Positions 1-9,044 of a stretch of DNA of 64,000 bases are shown here, in pieces. The stretch is from a virus. The notes under the pieces were generated by a model. That model was not told where the DNA came from. It did no database searches and saw only the letters and a program-made list of their open reading frames with translations. The stretch is from positions 1 to 64,000 of IMG/VR virus record IMGVR_UViG_3300045988_115450. One strand, written 5' to 3'. The number at the start of each line of letters is the position of its first letter. Positions within the stretch are counted from its first letter, which is position 1. The position numbers and the translations under genes were made by a program.

Positions 1-50
1 CTTTAAAAATAAGAGGGTCGCCCTGCAGGGCGACCCTCTTATTTTTAAAG
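1..50. terminator. Perfect 50-nt palindrome; bidirectional intrinsic-terminator-like hairpin
   Basis: Bases 1-25 are the exact reverse complement of 26-50. GC core GAGGGTCGCCCTGCAGGGCGACCCTC is flanked by AAAAATAA / TTATTTTT. Confidence 0.6.
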
Positions 51-243
51 GATAATTACATATGCACAAATATGTTTGACTGTCCTTGTTTTTCCTGTTG
101 CGTAAACTTCGCCGAAGGAAACAAAATCTTTGCGTACTCAACGCACTACGCAACTTCTACTCAATGCTTCTTATAAAGCTGTGATAATATATGACATATA
201 TTTCAAAAAGTTGTGCAGTTTATTTTAAAGAGCATATGCCGAA

Positions 244-263
244 AACGTTGATATTGCAACGTT
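244..263. promoter_or_regulatory. Inverted repeat AACGTTG-N6-CAACGTT followed by a T-run (operator or weak + strand terminator)
   Basis: Seen directly. A paralogous unit lies at 336-349. Confidence 0.35.
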
Positions 264-335
264 TTTTAACACTGTTACTCAGAATCCGCCGAAGACTTTG
301 TTACTTAATCATCTTTGCTAAGTTTCAAAAATCGT

Positions 336-349
336 GTTGATATATCAAC
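336..349. promoter_or_regulatory. Perfect palindrome GTTGATATATCAAC followed by a T-run; second copy of the 244-263 unit
   Basis: Seen directly. Both copies share the flank CAACGTTTTT. Confidence 0.35.
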
Positions 350-460
350 GTTTTTCCATCACACGCACACTTCACTACTCAACAACTACTCAACGCTTAT
401 TGTTTTGTGCCTCCGCCATATTTAGAACACATGACTCAACGCCACACACTACACAACACT

Positions 461-1660
461 TTACAGTAGGCTTCCAGCTTTAGCAACCTCACTGTTTGTG
501 TAGGAGTCTGTGATGTGCGTATAATGTAGAGTCGTGGAGTAACTCGAATGCCCCATCACCTGTTGAACAAATAGCGGTTCGAGACCCTTTTTGAAACAGA
601 GTGTTGCGAATGTATGTCTACATACATGCGGATGAATGTTTTTGATCTCCCTCGGAACTCGCCCCTCTTTATTTGCGTTGTAGTTCTCTTTGGCTTGCAT
701 ATTTGCACACACCCTTTTAAGATCGTGTGCAATAGGATATCTTGTAGCCGGAGACCCCATCGTTGTTGTAAAGACTAGGTTGCCGTGGTCTGGGTTTGCT
801 CTCCACCTATTGCCAAGCTCCTCTTTTAAGGTTTGTTGCTTCATCCTCCAGGCTAGTAAATATTTTTCCACATCTCCGAAGAACGGGATTCTTCTGTACG
901 CATTTGATGTTTTTGGAGTACATAGCTCTTCTACTTTCTTGCCCCCGTCATAGTATGTTCTCATTGATCTCTCAATCGTGATTACCTTGTTGCCAAAATC
1001 TATATCCTCCCAACGCAACCCGGAGAATTCTCCGATTCGTACGCCGGTAAGGAGCAAGAACATATATGCCTCATAGTAATAGTTGTTTTCGATCTCCTCC
1101 AAGAACAACTTTAGTTCCCAGTCAGCAAGCGCCCGTTTTTCTTTCGCGGCAGTTACATTGGCGTTCAGGATATTTATTCCAACACATGGGTTAACTTTAA
1201 TTACTTTGTTTACTACAGCGATGTCTAGGCACTCTTTTAGAGCACCAAGGGCTTCTTTAATTGATCTATATGAATACTCCTTTTCTACAAGTTCATTTGT
1301 CGCTGTTTGAATATTCATCTGGGATATATCTTCAACCTTTTTTGCGCCGATAATGTTGATATATGTGTTATTGATTTTTCTGTAATAGACCTTTCTGGAC
1401 ACATCAGATTTTAAACTCGGTGCTTTGCAACGTTCAAACCATTCTTCGAACCACTCAACAAGTTTTATGCCGGGGCGCTCTCCATACTCGTCCCTATGGG
1501 CGAGTGCTTTTTTCTCTTCAAACTCTTTCTTCAGTTTTGAAAGATTAGAATTATATATGCAGATCTTGGTCGTACCAATTTTTGCGCGAGCGCAATATAT
1601 CCCGTCTTTCCGTTGAGAAAACCCAACCCCAAGATCTTTCCCTTTTAAATCTTTGCCCAA
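461..1660 (-). CDS. int: Tyrosine site-specific integrase
   Basis: 399-aa ORF with LTGVRIGEFSGLRWEDID (Arg box), HVCRHTFAT (HxxR) and GHSSYSTTLHYTH (catalytic Tyr). Confidence 0.9.
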   Translation of the reverse strand: MGKDLKGKDLGVGFSQRKDGIYCARAKIGTTKICIYNSNLSKLKKEFEEKKALAHRDEYGERPGIKLVEWFEEWFERCKAPSLKSDVSRKVYYRKINNTYINIIGAKKVEDISQMNIQTATNELVEKEYSYRSIKEALGALKECLDIAVVNKVIKVNPCVGINILNANVTAAKEKRALADWELKLFLEEIENNYYYEAYMFLLLTGVRIGEFSGLRWEDIDFGNKVITIERSMRTYYDGGKKVEELCTPKTSNAYRRIPFFGDVEKYLLAWRMKQQTLKEELGNRWRANPDHGNLVFTTTMGSPATRYPIAHDLKRVCANMQAKENYNANKEGRVPREIKNIHPHVCRHTFATLCFKKGLEPLFVQQVMGHSSYSTTLHYTHITDSYTNSEVAKAGSLL

Positions 1661-1720
1661 GTCAGCACTCCTTTCTACTTACGGGCAAAACATATTTGTG
1701 CATATGTAACTAGTATACAC

Positions 1721-1909
1721 CTAGATGTCAATACCGTATTTTGCGCATCGGTTTAAGTATTCGTCAAACCTCTCCTTGTAGACGTAAAGTCTATTTCCTA
1801 CTCTAAGGGTAAAACCGCCCTCGTTTTCTTTTAGTAGTTTTCTTGTTTTTGTTTGTCCCCATCCCGTGTACTCACACACTTCTTTTAGTGATAATAAAGC
1901 TTTTTCCAT
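1721..1909 (-). CDS. Excisionase-like / MerR-type HTH DNA-binding protein
   Basis: 62 aa with LSLKEVCEYTGWGQTKTRKLLKE. Lies directly upstream of int. Confidence 0.55.
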   Translation of the reverse strand: MEKALLSLKEVCEYTGWGQTKTRKLLKENEGGFTLRVGNRLYVYKERFDEYLNRCAKYGIDI

Positions 1910-1923
1910 ATTCTCTCCTTGTC

Positions 1924-1946
1924 AGGGCTGCCCGTTGGGCAGCCCT
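1924..1946. other. GC-rich hairpin AGGGCTGCCC-GTT-GGGCAGCCCT without a U-tract
   Basis: 10-bp perfect stem between thyX and the xis-like gene. Confidence 0.5.
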
Positions 1947-1961
1947 AAATTCATACGCTAG

Positions 1962-2702
1962 TTACTTTCTTGTGTACTTATTTCTAACTTCTTCATACTT
2001 ACCACAGCTCATACTACCTTCCGGACACTTGCCCTCAGCTACACAACTAGGTCCAGCCTTTGCAAACAAGTTCGGTGCTACAGGGTAAACAAGCTCCAAC
2101 ATCTTATCGGCCAGTTCTCTGATCTCCCACTGAGCACGGTTACAACATCTAAGCTCGAACAAATGCAGCAGAGACCTTGCGTTCATAGTTACAATCATTC
2201 TTGTTGTCGCCGCATTCGGCAAGACAAATCGTGCATCCTCATTCGCAGCTTTATCCGCTGCAGACTTTTTCATTCCTGCTTCAACATACTTCTTGGACAG
2301 CCTGCTCTGGAGCACTTCGTACACTCTGTTCTCCATTGTCATCGTCTCGGAAAACAGAACATTCAGCTCCTCGTCGCCTTCTACGTCCGGTGGGATAACA
2401 AAATCGAACCCGTTCATGTTTACGTACCGCTGACTTTGTACTGAGTAAGAGGCAATGCGGTGCCGAGTCAACTGCGCAAGCAACGCGCGAGACACTCCTT
2501 CAATACCAAATGTAAAAGATACGTGCTCGATAGGCGATTGATGCCCCATGTTCGAGAGATGCTGAATGAATTTGGATACAGATTCGTCCGTCAATCCGTT
2601 CATCAAAGTCTCAATACTATCTGCATTTGAGTAACACAGCTTAGCCGCTGCAGCGACAACCTTCTCCGGTGCTGGTGTATGTGTAATTAGAGTAACCTTC
2701 AT
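1962..2702 (-). CDS. thyX: Flavin-dependent thymidylate synthase ThyX
   Basis: ThyX signature RHRxxSxxxxSxR is present as TRHRIASYSVQSQRY. Confidence 0.9.
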   Translation of the reverse strand: MKVTLITHTPAPEKVVAAAAKLCYSNADSIETLMNGLTDESVSKFIQHLSNMGHQSPIEHVSFTFGIEGVSRALLAQLTRHRIASYSVQSQRYVNMNGFDFVIPPDVEGDEELNVLFSETMTMENRVYEVLQSRLSKKYVEAGMKKSAADKAANEDARFVLPNAATTRMIVTMNARSLLHLFELRCCNRAQWEIRELADKMLELVYPVAPNLFAKAGPSCVAEGKCPEGSMSCGKYEEVRNKYTRK

Positions 2703-2711
2703 TTATAAACC

Positions 2712-3614
2712 TCACTTATCCATTCCAATCATGATGTTTCCGTCCTTCGATGTGACGACGCCAGGCATCTTGCCATCCCATTTTTCAATGTACTGGCTCT
2801 TAATAACGTTATCAGTCAGAGATTTCTCCAGCATTTTGTTTGCCTTGGACTCAGCTTCGGCATTCTTAATCTTTACCTTCGCTTCCGCCTCTGCTTTAGC
2901 GATATTTTTCTTATTGAGGATCTCTTGCTCCTCTGCTTCAAGCTGTGCTTTCTGCTTTTTAGCAATGGCTTTGTTGTAACTATCCTCAAAATCAGCACCG
3001 TTGATAACAACTTTGTTAATCACAACAACGTTCTTATTATATTTTTCGTCCAACGCTTCTTGCAGGTGCTTCATAGCGAGTGGTTCAATCTTTGTTCTGG
3101 ACGTCGCGTCGGTGTCTTGCAGCTCTTTGCTCGCAGATTTGACCGCAGAAGACACAATCCCAGTAGAAACTAGCGCATCTTTATAGTCTGAGACATTGGC
3201 GTAGATCCAAGAGGACTTGTCCGGGTTAATTTGATAGGTCACAGTCACATTTTCGTAGTACACAGCAGTTCTATTTGCAGTCTCAGACCAAATCTTATCT
3301 TCAAAAGTGACGTCTTGTTGCTTGTTGTTTACCGCTTCGATTTTCTGAACGAACGGAACTTTCCAATTGAATCCGGTTTGGACAGTTTTCTCTGAAATCT
3401 GACCGAATGTGCTGCGCACGCCGGTATATCCGGTGGGAATAATAGTGAACGTCTGTAAACCCAACATAATAACAATTCCAGCTACAATAAAAATATTGCA
3501 AGTCTTTGTAATTCTTGCTCCGGCCTCGTGCTTCATGTCCCCGCATCGACAAACGATTGATACAACAATACCTGCTAGCACAAAGATGGCAGCAATAAAA
3601 CGCAAAAACCCCAT
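2712..3614 (-). CDS. SPFH/band-7 (prohibitin-like) membrane protein
   Basis: N-terminal TM segments, then an SPFH-like core and a Lys/Glu/Ala coiled coil. Confidence 0.7.
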   Translation of the reverse strand: MGFLRFIAAIFVLAGIVVSIVCRCGDMKHEAGARITKTCNIFIVAGIVIMLGLQTFTIIPTGYTGVRSTFGQISEKTVQTGFNWKVPFVQKIEAVNNKQQDVTFEDKIWSETANRTAVYYENVTVTYQINPDKSSWIYANVSDYKDALVSTGIVSSAVKSASKELQDTDATSRTKIEPLAMKHLQEALDEKYNKNVVVINKVVINGADFEDSYNKAIAKKQKAQLEAEEQEILNKKNIAKAEAEAKVKIKNAEAESKANKMLEKSLTDNVIKSQYIEKWDGKMPGVVTSKDGNIMIGMDK

Positions 3615-3624
3615 ATAGCCCTCC

Positions 3625-4230
3625 TTATTTATCTACTTCGTCCAGGTGACTCGCCATCATGTCCGCCATATGCAGCATAAAACCGAGCGGATACTTCTCC
3701 CACGCCTTATTAAGGGATTTGTCTCCGCCTTTCACGGCGTTATCAAACTCACCCATATGCCATCTAATAGCGATTGCCTCTTCCGGCTTCAGCTTCATAT
3801 AGTTCTGAATGATGAAGTTGGTCTTCTCGCCGTGACCAATCGGGAATCTTTCGTCAATTACATAGGTTGGAACCGTTTCCCATCTACCAGTGTCCGGATT
3901 CTTTACGTTCCGTGTGCCAGGCTGGTAAAAATGAATCTTGCACAGGTCGTGCAGGAGCGCCGCAATAGCAACTGTCTCGTTAATTTCTTCGTCCGGTACT
4001 CCGGCTGGGAAGCAGCGTTCCTTGTCTGCCTGATTATCAAGCAGCTGGACCAATCTATCGTATACATTCAGACTATGGATACACAGACCTCCATCGCAGG
4101 ACAGGTGAAACCGAGTGTTGGCCGGTGCTGTAAAGAAATCAGATCGTTCCAGGTACGACAGGAGCTGGTCGCTCCCGTCGCGGTGGACGTTGTTTTTAAA
4201 CACCTCAATAAATCTTTCCTTGTAGCCCAT
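3625..4230 (-). CDS. HD-domain phosphohydrolase
   Basis: HD motif in AALLHDLCK, plus a downstream His (RWHMGEFD). Confidence 0.7.
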   Translation of the reverse strand: MGYKERFIEVFKNNVHRDGSDQLLSYLERSDFFTAPANTRFHLSCDGGLCIHSLNVYDRLVQLLDNQADKERCFPAGVPDEEINETVAIAALLHDLCKIHFYQPGTRNVKNPDTGRWETVPTYVIDERFPIGHGEKTNFIIQNYMKLKPEEAIAIRWHMGEFDNAVKGGDKSLNKAWEKYPLGFMLHMADMMASHLDEVDK

Positions 4231-4238
4231 ATTCCTCC

Positions 4239-4880
4239 TTATTCTTCGTTGATGTTGTTGTCCTCGAACATAGCTTTGCAGTTTCTTTTCATATTTTCCG
4301 CAAGCATGTTAACCATGAAATCCCAGTTATCACGTGCCTGCTTCTTCTCCAGCTCACGTACTCTCTGCTTGGCCGCACGTTTTCTCTTTTCTTTTTCCTT
4401 AGCCTTCTCTTTTTCAATCTTGAAGGCGTCCTTCTTTTTGAGGGCCTTTCTCAGCATATTATTGTACAGATTTGTGCCGGACTTTTCTCCGAACTTTTCA
4501 AACATCAGTCGGAGGATTCTTTTCATAAGGCAAATCGTCACACCGGTTTCAATTGAAAATGTATCGCCCTCGCGGCAGATAGCTTTTTCTTGTGTGCCGT
4601 CAGTAAATGTGACGATAGTAACTTTGTCGTTCACAGCCGTTACATCCGCAACCTCTGGATCAATGCCATGAGGAGTCTGATGCTTGGTTGCGCCGCGCCA
4701 GTCTGCGACAAGGCACGCACAGCCATTATCAAGTGCGCAGGTAAGACCTTCTTTATCGTCATAGTTGATAAATTTCACCTCCTCGTTGGTTACGCCAGAC
4801 ACTGGTTCTACGAGTTCAAGATATGTATCGCCAAGAAAAGGAATGTTAATTTCGTAAGTATTGTTGCATTCATAGCCCAT
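4239..4880 (-). CDS. Hypothetical protein with Lys/Glu-rich C-terminal half
   Basis: 213-aa ORF, co-oriented and tightly packed. No motif recognised. Confidence 0.5.
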   Translation of the reverse strand: MGYECNNTYEINIPFLGDTYLELVEPVSGVTNEEVKFINYDDKEGLTCALDNGCACLVADWRGATKHQTPHGIDPEVADVTAVNDKVTIVTFTDGTQEKAICREGDTFSIETGVTICLMKRILRLMFEKFGEKSGTNLYNNMLRKALKKKDAFKIEKEKAKEKEKRKRAAKQRVRELEKKQARDNWDFMVNMLAENMKRNCKAMFEDNNINEE

Positions 4881-4958
4881 TTAATTACCTCTTTCTGTTG
4901 TATTGTATTTATGTTTGTGGTATCATGAAAATTATACTTTCATGAAAGGAATGAGAAT

Positions 4959-5174
4959 ATGGCAAGAGCCAGAAAAACCCTGGAACAGCAGCTTATTGAC
5001 ATCGACGAGAAAATTGCTTTTTACGAAAACAAGATCGCAGAGCTTAAAACGAAGCGAGAAGAGCTTCTTGCTCCGTCTCCCGCCGAAATCATCGCCATGG
5101 CTAAGAGCAAGGGCATGACTATTACTGATATCATGGATGTGCTTGGCGTCAACCCTAACGAAACTGCTGAATAA
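4959..5174 (+). CDS. Small coiled-coil protein (DUF4315-like); the only clear + strand gene in the left 60 kb
   Basis: RBS GGAATGAG precedes the ATG. The coiled coil is followed by a C-terminal helix, and the gene has its own terminator. Confidence 0.55.
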   Translation: MARARKTLEQQLIDIDEKIAFYENKIAELKTKREELLAPSPAEIIAMAKSKGMTITDIMDVLGVNPNETAE

Positions 5175-5184
5175 CCTTTAACGC

Positions 5185-5210
5185 GCGTCGCTTGTCGGCG
5201 CTTATTTTTT
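5185..5210 (+). terminator. Intrinsic terminator for the + strand gene
   Basis: Stem GCGTCG/CGGCGC with a 5-nt loop, followed by TTATTTTTT. Confidence 0.6.
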
Positions 5211-5693
5211 ATTTAGCTTACGGATGATCTTATCAATCTCAATCGCGCACCCTACAAAGTCCAGCGGACCAAACCCCTTAGTCGTCATTGCGGCACAGCC
5301 AATTCTAATCCCGCTAGTCTCCGCCGGAGATCTCTTATCACCCGGTACGCAGTTCTTGTTTACTGCAATGCCTTTCTCCTCCAAAGCGTCCTGAACCATC
5401 TTGCCGGTAACATTAGGGTGGGTGTTAGTCAGGTCGATCATAAACAGGTGGTTGTCTGTTCCGCCGGACACGATCTCGTAGCCCATCTTTTTGAACTGCT
5501 CGCACATGGTGTATGTATTCAGAATTACATTGGAGATGTACTCCTTATACTCTTCTGTGCAAGCTTCTTCAGCCGCTACTGCTTTGCCTGCGATAACGTG
5601 CATCAGAGGGCCGCCCTGGTTTCTGGGAAATACTGCGCTGTTGATTTTCTTTGCCATCTCGGTTTTACAGAAGATTAACCCTCCTCTTGGTCC
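5202..5693 (-). CDS. glyA: Serine hydroxymethyltransferase, exon 2
   Basis: The real coding part starts at GPRGGLIF..., which continues the SHMT motif HKTLR|GPRGG. The upstream part of the listed ORF is intron read-through. Confidence 0.8.
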   Translation of the reverse strand, partial: GPRGGLIFCKTEMAKKINSAVFPRNQGGPLMHVIAGKAVAAEEACTEEYKEYISNVILNTYTMCEQFKKMGYEIVSGGTDNHLFMIDLTNTHPNVTGKMVQDALEEKGIAVNKNCVPGDKRSPAETSGIRIGCAAMTTKGFGPLDFVGCAIEIDKIIRKLNKK

Positions 5694-6659
5694 CAGAACC
5701 TGTGTGTCAATGGCGAGGCGGTTCTGCAAGGGCTTTTTCAACTGTCCAGCCCATTTTATCAATCCTATCAGAAATTGTGCTTCTGTTGATTCCAGTAATT
5801 TCTGCCCACTCTGCAAGGCAATGAGTTTCCCCATTACGAGTCAACAACCTATTATTTCGCTTGTTTCTTTGCTGCCCTTTTGAAGTCTCCCATCGGCAGT
5901 TTTCTGGAAAATACCCTTTATCATTATCTATTCTGTCAATAGACAGGTCATCCCGATAGCCATTTTTCACAGCCCAATCGTAAAAATTTTGAAAATTATT
6001 TTTCCATTCGTCACAGACCGTGATGCCTCGTAAACCATAATTGTTATAATTGTCTGATGAAGGGTTGCAGCATCGCGCCTTTATTCCGTGCCATGTCTTG
6101 TAAATTCTTTCATTGCGGTGACCGTGAGTATGATGCTTTGTTTTTGAATCCTTCCTTTTTTCATCATTCAAACACCCGCAAGACCGGGTTAGCCCGGCAC
6201 CTAGACTGGTAGTAGCAACTAAAGTTTTATTTCCACACTCACATAAGCACTCCCACTGAACCACTTTTCGCCCACTTTTAAAAACTTTGTCTGGGCCTCT
6301 TTTGAGGACGAGTAAACGTCCATATTTCTGACCAGTTCTATCTTTTAGATTTGACAGTTATATCACCTTCTAAATAAAAAATTACACACTTCTAAATATT
6401 TCTATTTAGCTTAGACTATATCATCTTCTAAAAAGAAGCCTACTATTTCGGAGCCTCACCTCTCCTACTTCATAAAGAATAGTCGTTGAACCTTCATCTG
6501 TTCTAGATGCTTGGATGCGTCTGGTTGCCCAATCCTTAACGATTTTACCGTACCTTGGTCGCTAACCTCGCCATCATTGTGTCCCCACAATAATTTGGTT
6601 GTTAAGGCTCTAAGGGTGTTCCCGCAGTTAAGTAGGTTTTACTTGCGCCGACCAATTCA
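5694..6659 (-). mobile_element. Group I-type intron (966 nt) in glyA, carrying an HNH homing endonuclease
   Basis: Exon 1 ends ...ACTTTGCGT (U) with an in-frame TGA right after it. The intron ends ...GTTCTG (G) before GGACCA. It shares blocks with the dnaE intron (GGTTCAACGACTATT, GATTGGGCAA). Confidence 0.7.
5707..6264 (-). CDS. Intron-encoded HNH homing endonuclease
   Basis: DRIDNDKGYFPENCRWET..QQ.N (HNH_3-like) with a C-terminal HTH-like tail. The frame is open to 6357 (CTG) and there encodes YGRLLVLKRG, homologous to the N-terminus of the 16604-17242 paralog. Confidence 0.8.
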   Translation of the reverse strand: MVQWECLCECGNKTLVATTSLGAGLTRSCGCLNDEKRKDSKTKHHTHGHRNERIYKTWHGIKARCCNPSSDNYNNYGLRGITVCDEWKNNFQNFYDWAVKNGYRDDLSIDRIDNDKGYFPENCRWETSKGQQRNKRNNRLLTRNGETHCLAEWAEITGINRSTISDRIDKMGWTVEKALAEPPRH

Positions 6660-7361
6660 ACGCAAAGTTTTATGCGTGGTAGTAGTAATCACGTCTGCAA
6701 GCCCGAACGGAGATACATGCGCGCCGCCGACAATCAGCCCGGCGATATGTGCCATATCCACCATAAAGATGGGATGGTAATCAGGATCAACAGACATTTC
6801 GATGTTAATGATTTTTCTAATCAATCCAAACTTAATTTCTCTTGAGTAAGAACTTGCACCAGCTAGGATTAGCTTAGGCTTGTAAGTTCTTATTTTTTTG
6901 CTTAGGTCGTAATAGTCAAGAATTCCATCCTCATCCAACCCATAGAAAACCGGATTGTAAAGCTTGCCGGAAATACTGGCCGGAGAAAAGTGTGACAGAT
7001 GCCCACCACAATCCAGTGACATACTCAAGACCGTATCACCTGGATTGAGCAGCGCGTAATAAACCGCTTCGTTTGCCTGGGTGCCGGAGTGCGGCTGGAC
7101 GTTCACAAAGTAGTCTGTCTTGAAAGCCTCCTGCCATTTCTTTTGGCAGTAAAGCTCAAGCTCGTCCACAAGTTCACACCCACCATAATACCGGTGGCCG
7201 GGATACCCCTCGGCGTACTTGTTAGTAAGGCAGGAACCAACCGCTCTCATCACATCTTCTGAGCAGAAGTTCTCCGACGCAATTAGGTTGATCTGGTCTT
7301 CTTGTCTTTGCCGTTCTTTTTCAATAAGATCAAATACTCTTTTCGTTGCTATACACCTCAC
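6660..7361 (-). CDS. glyA: Serine hydroxymethyltransferase, exon 1
   Basis: LIASENF, YAEGYPGHRYYGG and TTTTHKTLR (PLP-lysine motif) at the exon end. Confidence 0.85.
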
Positions 7362-7385
7362 ATTTCGTTTGTTGTATGTATATTG

Positions 7386-7937
7386 TTAATTAACCCATCG
7401 TACAATCGGGTCGCCCTGGAAACCTTTCTCCCAGACAAACCATGCGTATGCAACGGCATTATTCTTTCGGTCAAAAACACCATTCTTGCCGCAGCATACA
7501 CGCGATGAGAACACGTATATTGTTTTGGGTGGATACTTTTGGAACAGTTGCTTGCGAGCCTTTCCTTCCAAGAATGTGAGCTTCAAAAACATTGCAACCT
7601 TGTGTCCATTGCCCACACACTGTAAAGACTTCTCAACAAATTCCCGTGCGTACTTATAAGGGGGGTTGGTGATAATGTCGATGTCATCTGCCTCTGTAAA
7701 GTCCTCGTTTAAAAAATCAACAGGGGCTTTAAATCCAAAACCTCTATACACCAGGTCTGTACTTAGTACATCGTACCCTCTCTCAAGCAGGACTTTCGAT
7801 ATATGGCCTTCACCACAAGCTGGTTCCCATACATCCTTAGAGAAGGTTTCGTGATCGAGCAAGATCTCCACGGCTCTTGGTTCTGTGGCGTAGTAATCGT
7901 TAGTCGCTGCGTCATCTTTTCTGTTGTTGCCAGACAA
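7386..7937 (-). CDS. N6-adenine DNA methyltransferase (small, gamma/beta-type)
   Basis: SAM motif EPACGEG and catalytic NPPY. Confidence 0.75.
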   Translation of the reverse strand: MSGNNRKDDAATNDYYATEPRAVEILLDHETFSKDVWEPACGEGHISKVLLERGYDVLSTDLVYRGFGFKAPVDFLNEDFTEADDIDIITNPPYKYAREFVEKSLQCVGNGHKVAMFLKLTFLEGKARKQLFQKYPPKTIYVFSSRVCCGKNGVFDRKNNAVAYAWFVWEKGFQGDPIVRWVN

Positions 7938-7965
7938 GATGAACTGCTGTGTCCCAACCCAATCT

Positions 7966-8367
7966 TTATTCTTTATTGTTCAACAACTCCTTTGCAAGCT
8001 CTACAAACGGCTGGATGTCGTCTGCGAGAGTCCCAGGCCACCAAGGGCCATCTGCCTCGTTTGGTAGTTCTACGGCCTTGCAGACCGCCATTGCTTGATC
8101 ATACGTCATTCTGTTGCCGACCTCATCTTGAATCGCATAGCATACATCTCTAACACAGCGCGCATACCGCGCTTCTCGGTCTAGAATATCCGCGACGTAC
8201 TTGGCCTCCAATTCCTCGTTTCTTTTCGCAAGCTGCTCTCTGTTCCACTTGACAGATTTGTTTTCGTCGATAATCATGTGGTCAACGTATCTATCACGCC
8301 TTGGTTTACTCCGTTGAATGCGGAATCCTTCGTCCTCAAGCGCTTTCCATGCTTCTTTGTAAACCAT
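7966..8367 (-). CDS. Hypothetical protein
   Basis: 133-aa ORF, co-oriented. Confidence 0.45.
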   Translation of the reverse strand: MVYKEAWKALEDEGFRIQRSKPRRDRYVDHMIIDENKSVKWNREQLAKRNEELEAKYVADILDREARYARCVRDVCYAIQDEVGNRMTYDQAMAVCKAVELPNEADGPWWPGTLADDIQPFVELAKELLNNKE

Positions 8368-8414
8368 AAATCATCCTCTCTGACCGCCGCCCGTGCGGGC
8401 GGCGGTTCTATAAA

Positions 8415-8726
8415 TCATTTATCTGTTTTGTCGTAAATCGTCTTTACGACAGTCCCAATGCGAACACTTTTAACGACCTTGTAAGGTTGTCCAGTCATTT
8501 GATATCCAAGAAGATCCCACGTCCAAGGGATGCACCAAAGGCTATTACCAGCTTTAATGATGGTCTGCATTTCTTTAACTGATCGGCCTTCTCCCCTTTC
8601 CACCACATCAAACTCTTCGTACTTGCCAGGCTCTGTGTGACATCTATCATCATAGCCAAGTGCTAAGTAGCAGAGTTCTTCTTCGTCGAGAGGGATGCCG
8701 TGCAGCATTTTTTCAATGATTGTCAT
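8415..8726 (-). CDS. Hypothetical protein
   Basis: 103-aa ORF, co-oriented. Confidence 0.45.
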   Translation of the reverse strand: MTIIEKMLHGIPLDEEELCYLALGYDDRCHTEPGKYEEFDVVERGEGRSVKEMQTIIKAGNSLWCIPWTWDLLGYQMTGQPYKVVKSVRIGTVVKTIYDKTDK

Positions 8727-8747
8727 TACTAAGCAATCTCCTTTCTC

Positions 8748-9044
8748 TTATTCAATCTTCACGTCAATCGACTCCAGCACTTCTTTCATGCCGAGTCCGC
8801 CCTCGCTCCAAGGTTTCATGCAATATTCCCACAGCCTCGGATGGGTTTGCCTCAGCCGCTGGAACCGGTTTGGTTCTTTTTCCAGATGCGCCCCGAACGC
8901 GCAGAAGACGCAGCCCGTCCGAGCGCAACCGGTGGTATGTAACCTGCCCTTATCATTTTCCACAATCTCGCCATAGACCGAGGCATAAGGGACGTTAAAC
9001 CGCTTGAGGTAGAGTAATACATCCTGCTCTGTCCAAAAGCTCAT
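8748..9044 (-). CDS. PAPS-reductase-family protein, C-terminal segment (separate frame)
   Basis: FWTEQDVLLYL...CxxxGCVFC resembles the C-terminal part of phage PAPS reductase/DndC-like proteins. It lies in the -1 frame relative to 9041-9694. Confidence 0.6.
   Translation of the reverse strand: MSFWTEQDVLLYLKRFNVPYASVYGEIVENDKGRLHTTGCARTGCVFCAFGAHLEKEPNRFQRLRQTHPRLWEYCMKPWSEGGLGMKEVLESIDVKIE

Larger units (their letters stand above)
135..442. repeat. Five direct copies of (T/G)ACTCAAYRM; putative integrase arm-type sites / att region
   Basis: Copies start at 135, 158, 376, 387 and 433, in the gene-free stretch directly 3' of the integrase. Confidence 0.45.

Noticed and set aside
3646-4671. 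341-aa + strand ORF, the longest + strand ORF in the left part of the window.
   Set aside because: It is antisense to the HD-domain gene and the next minus-strand gene. It is rich in S, L, F and R, has no RBS or motif, and looks like a typical shadow ORF.
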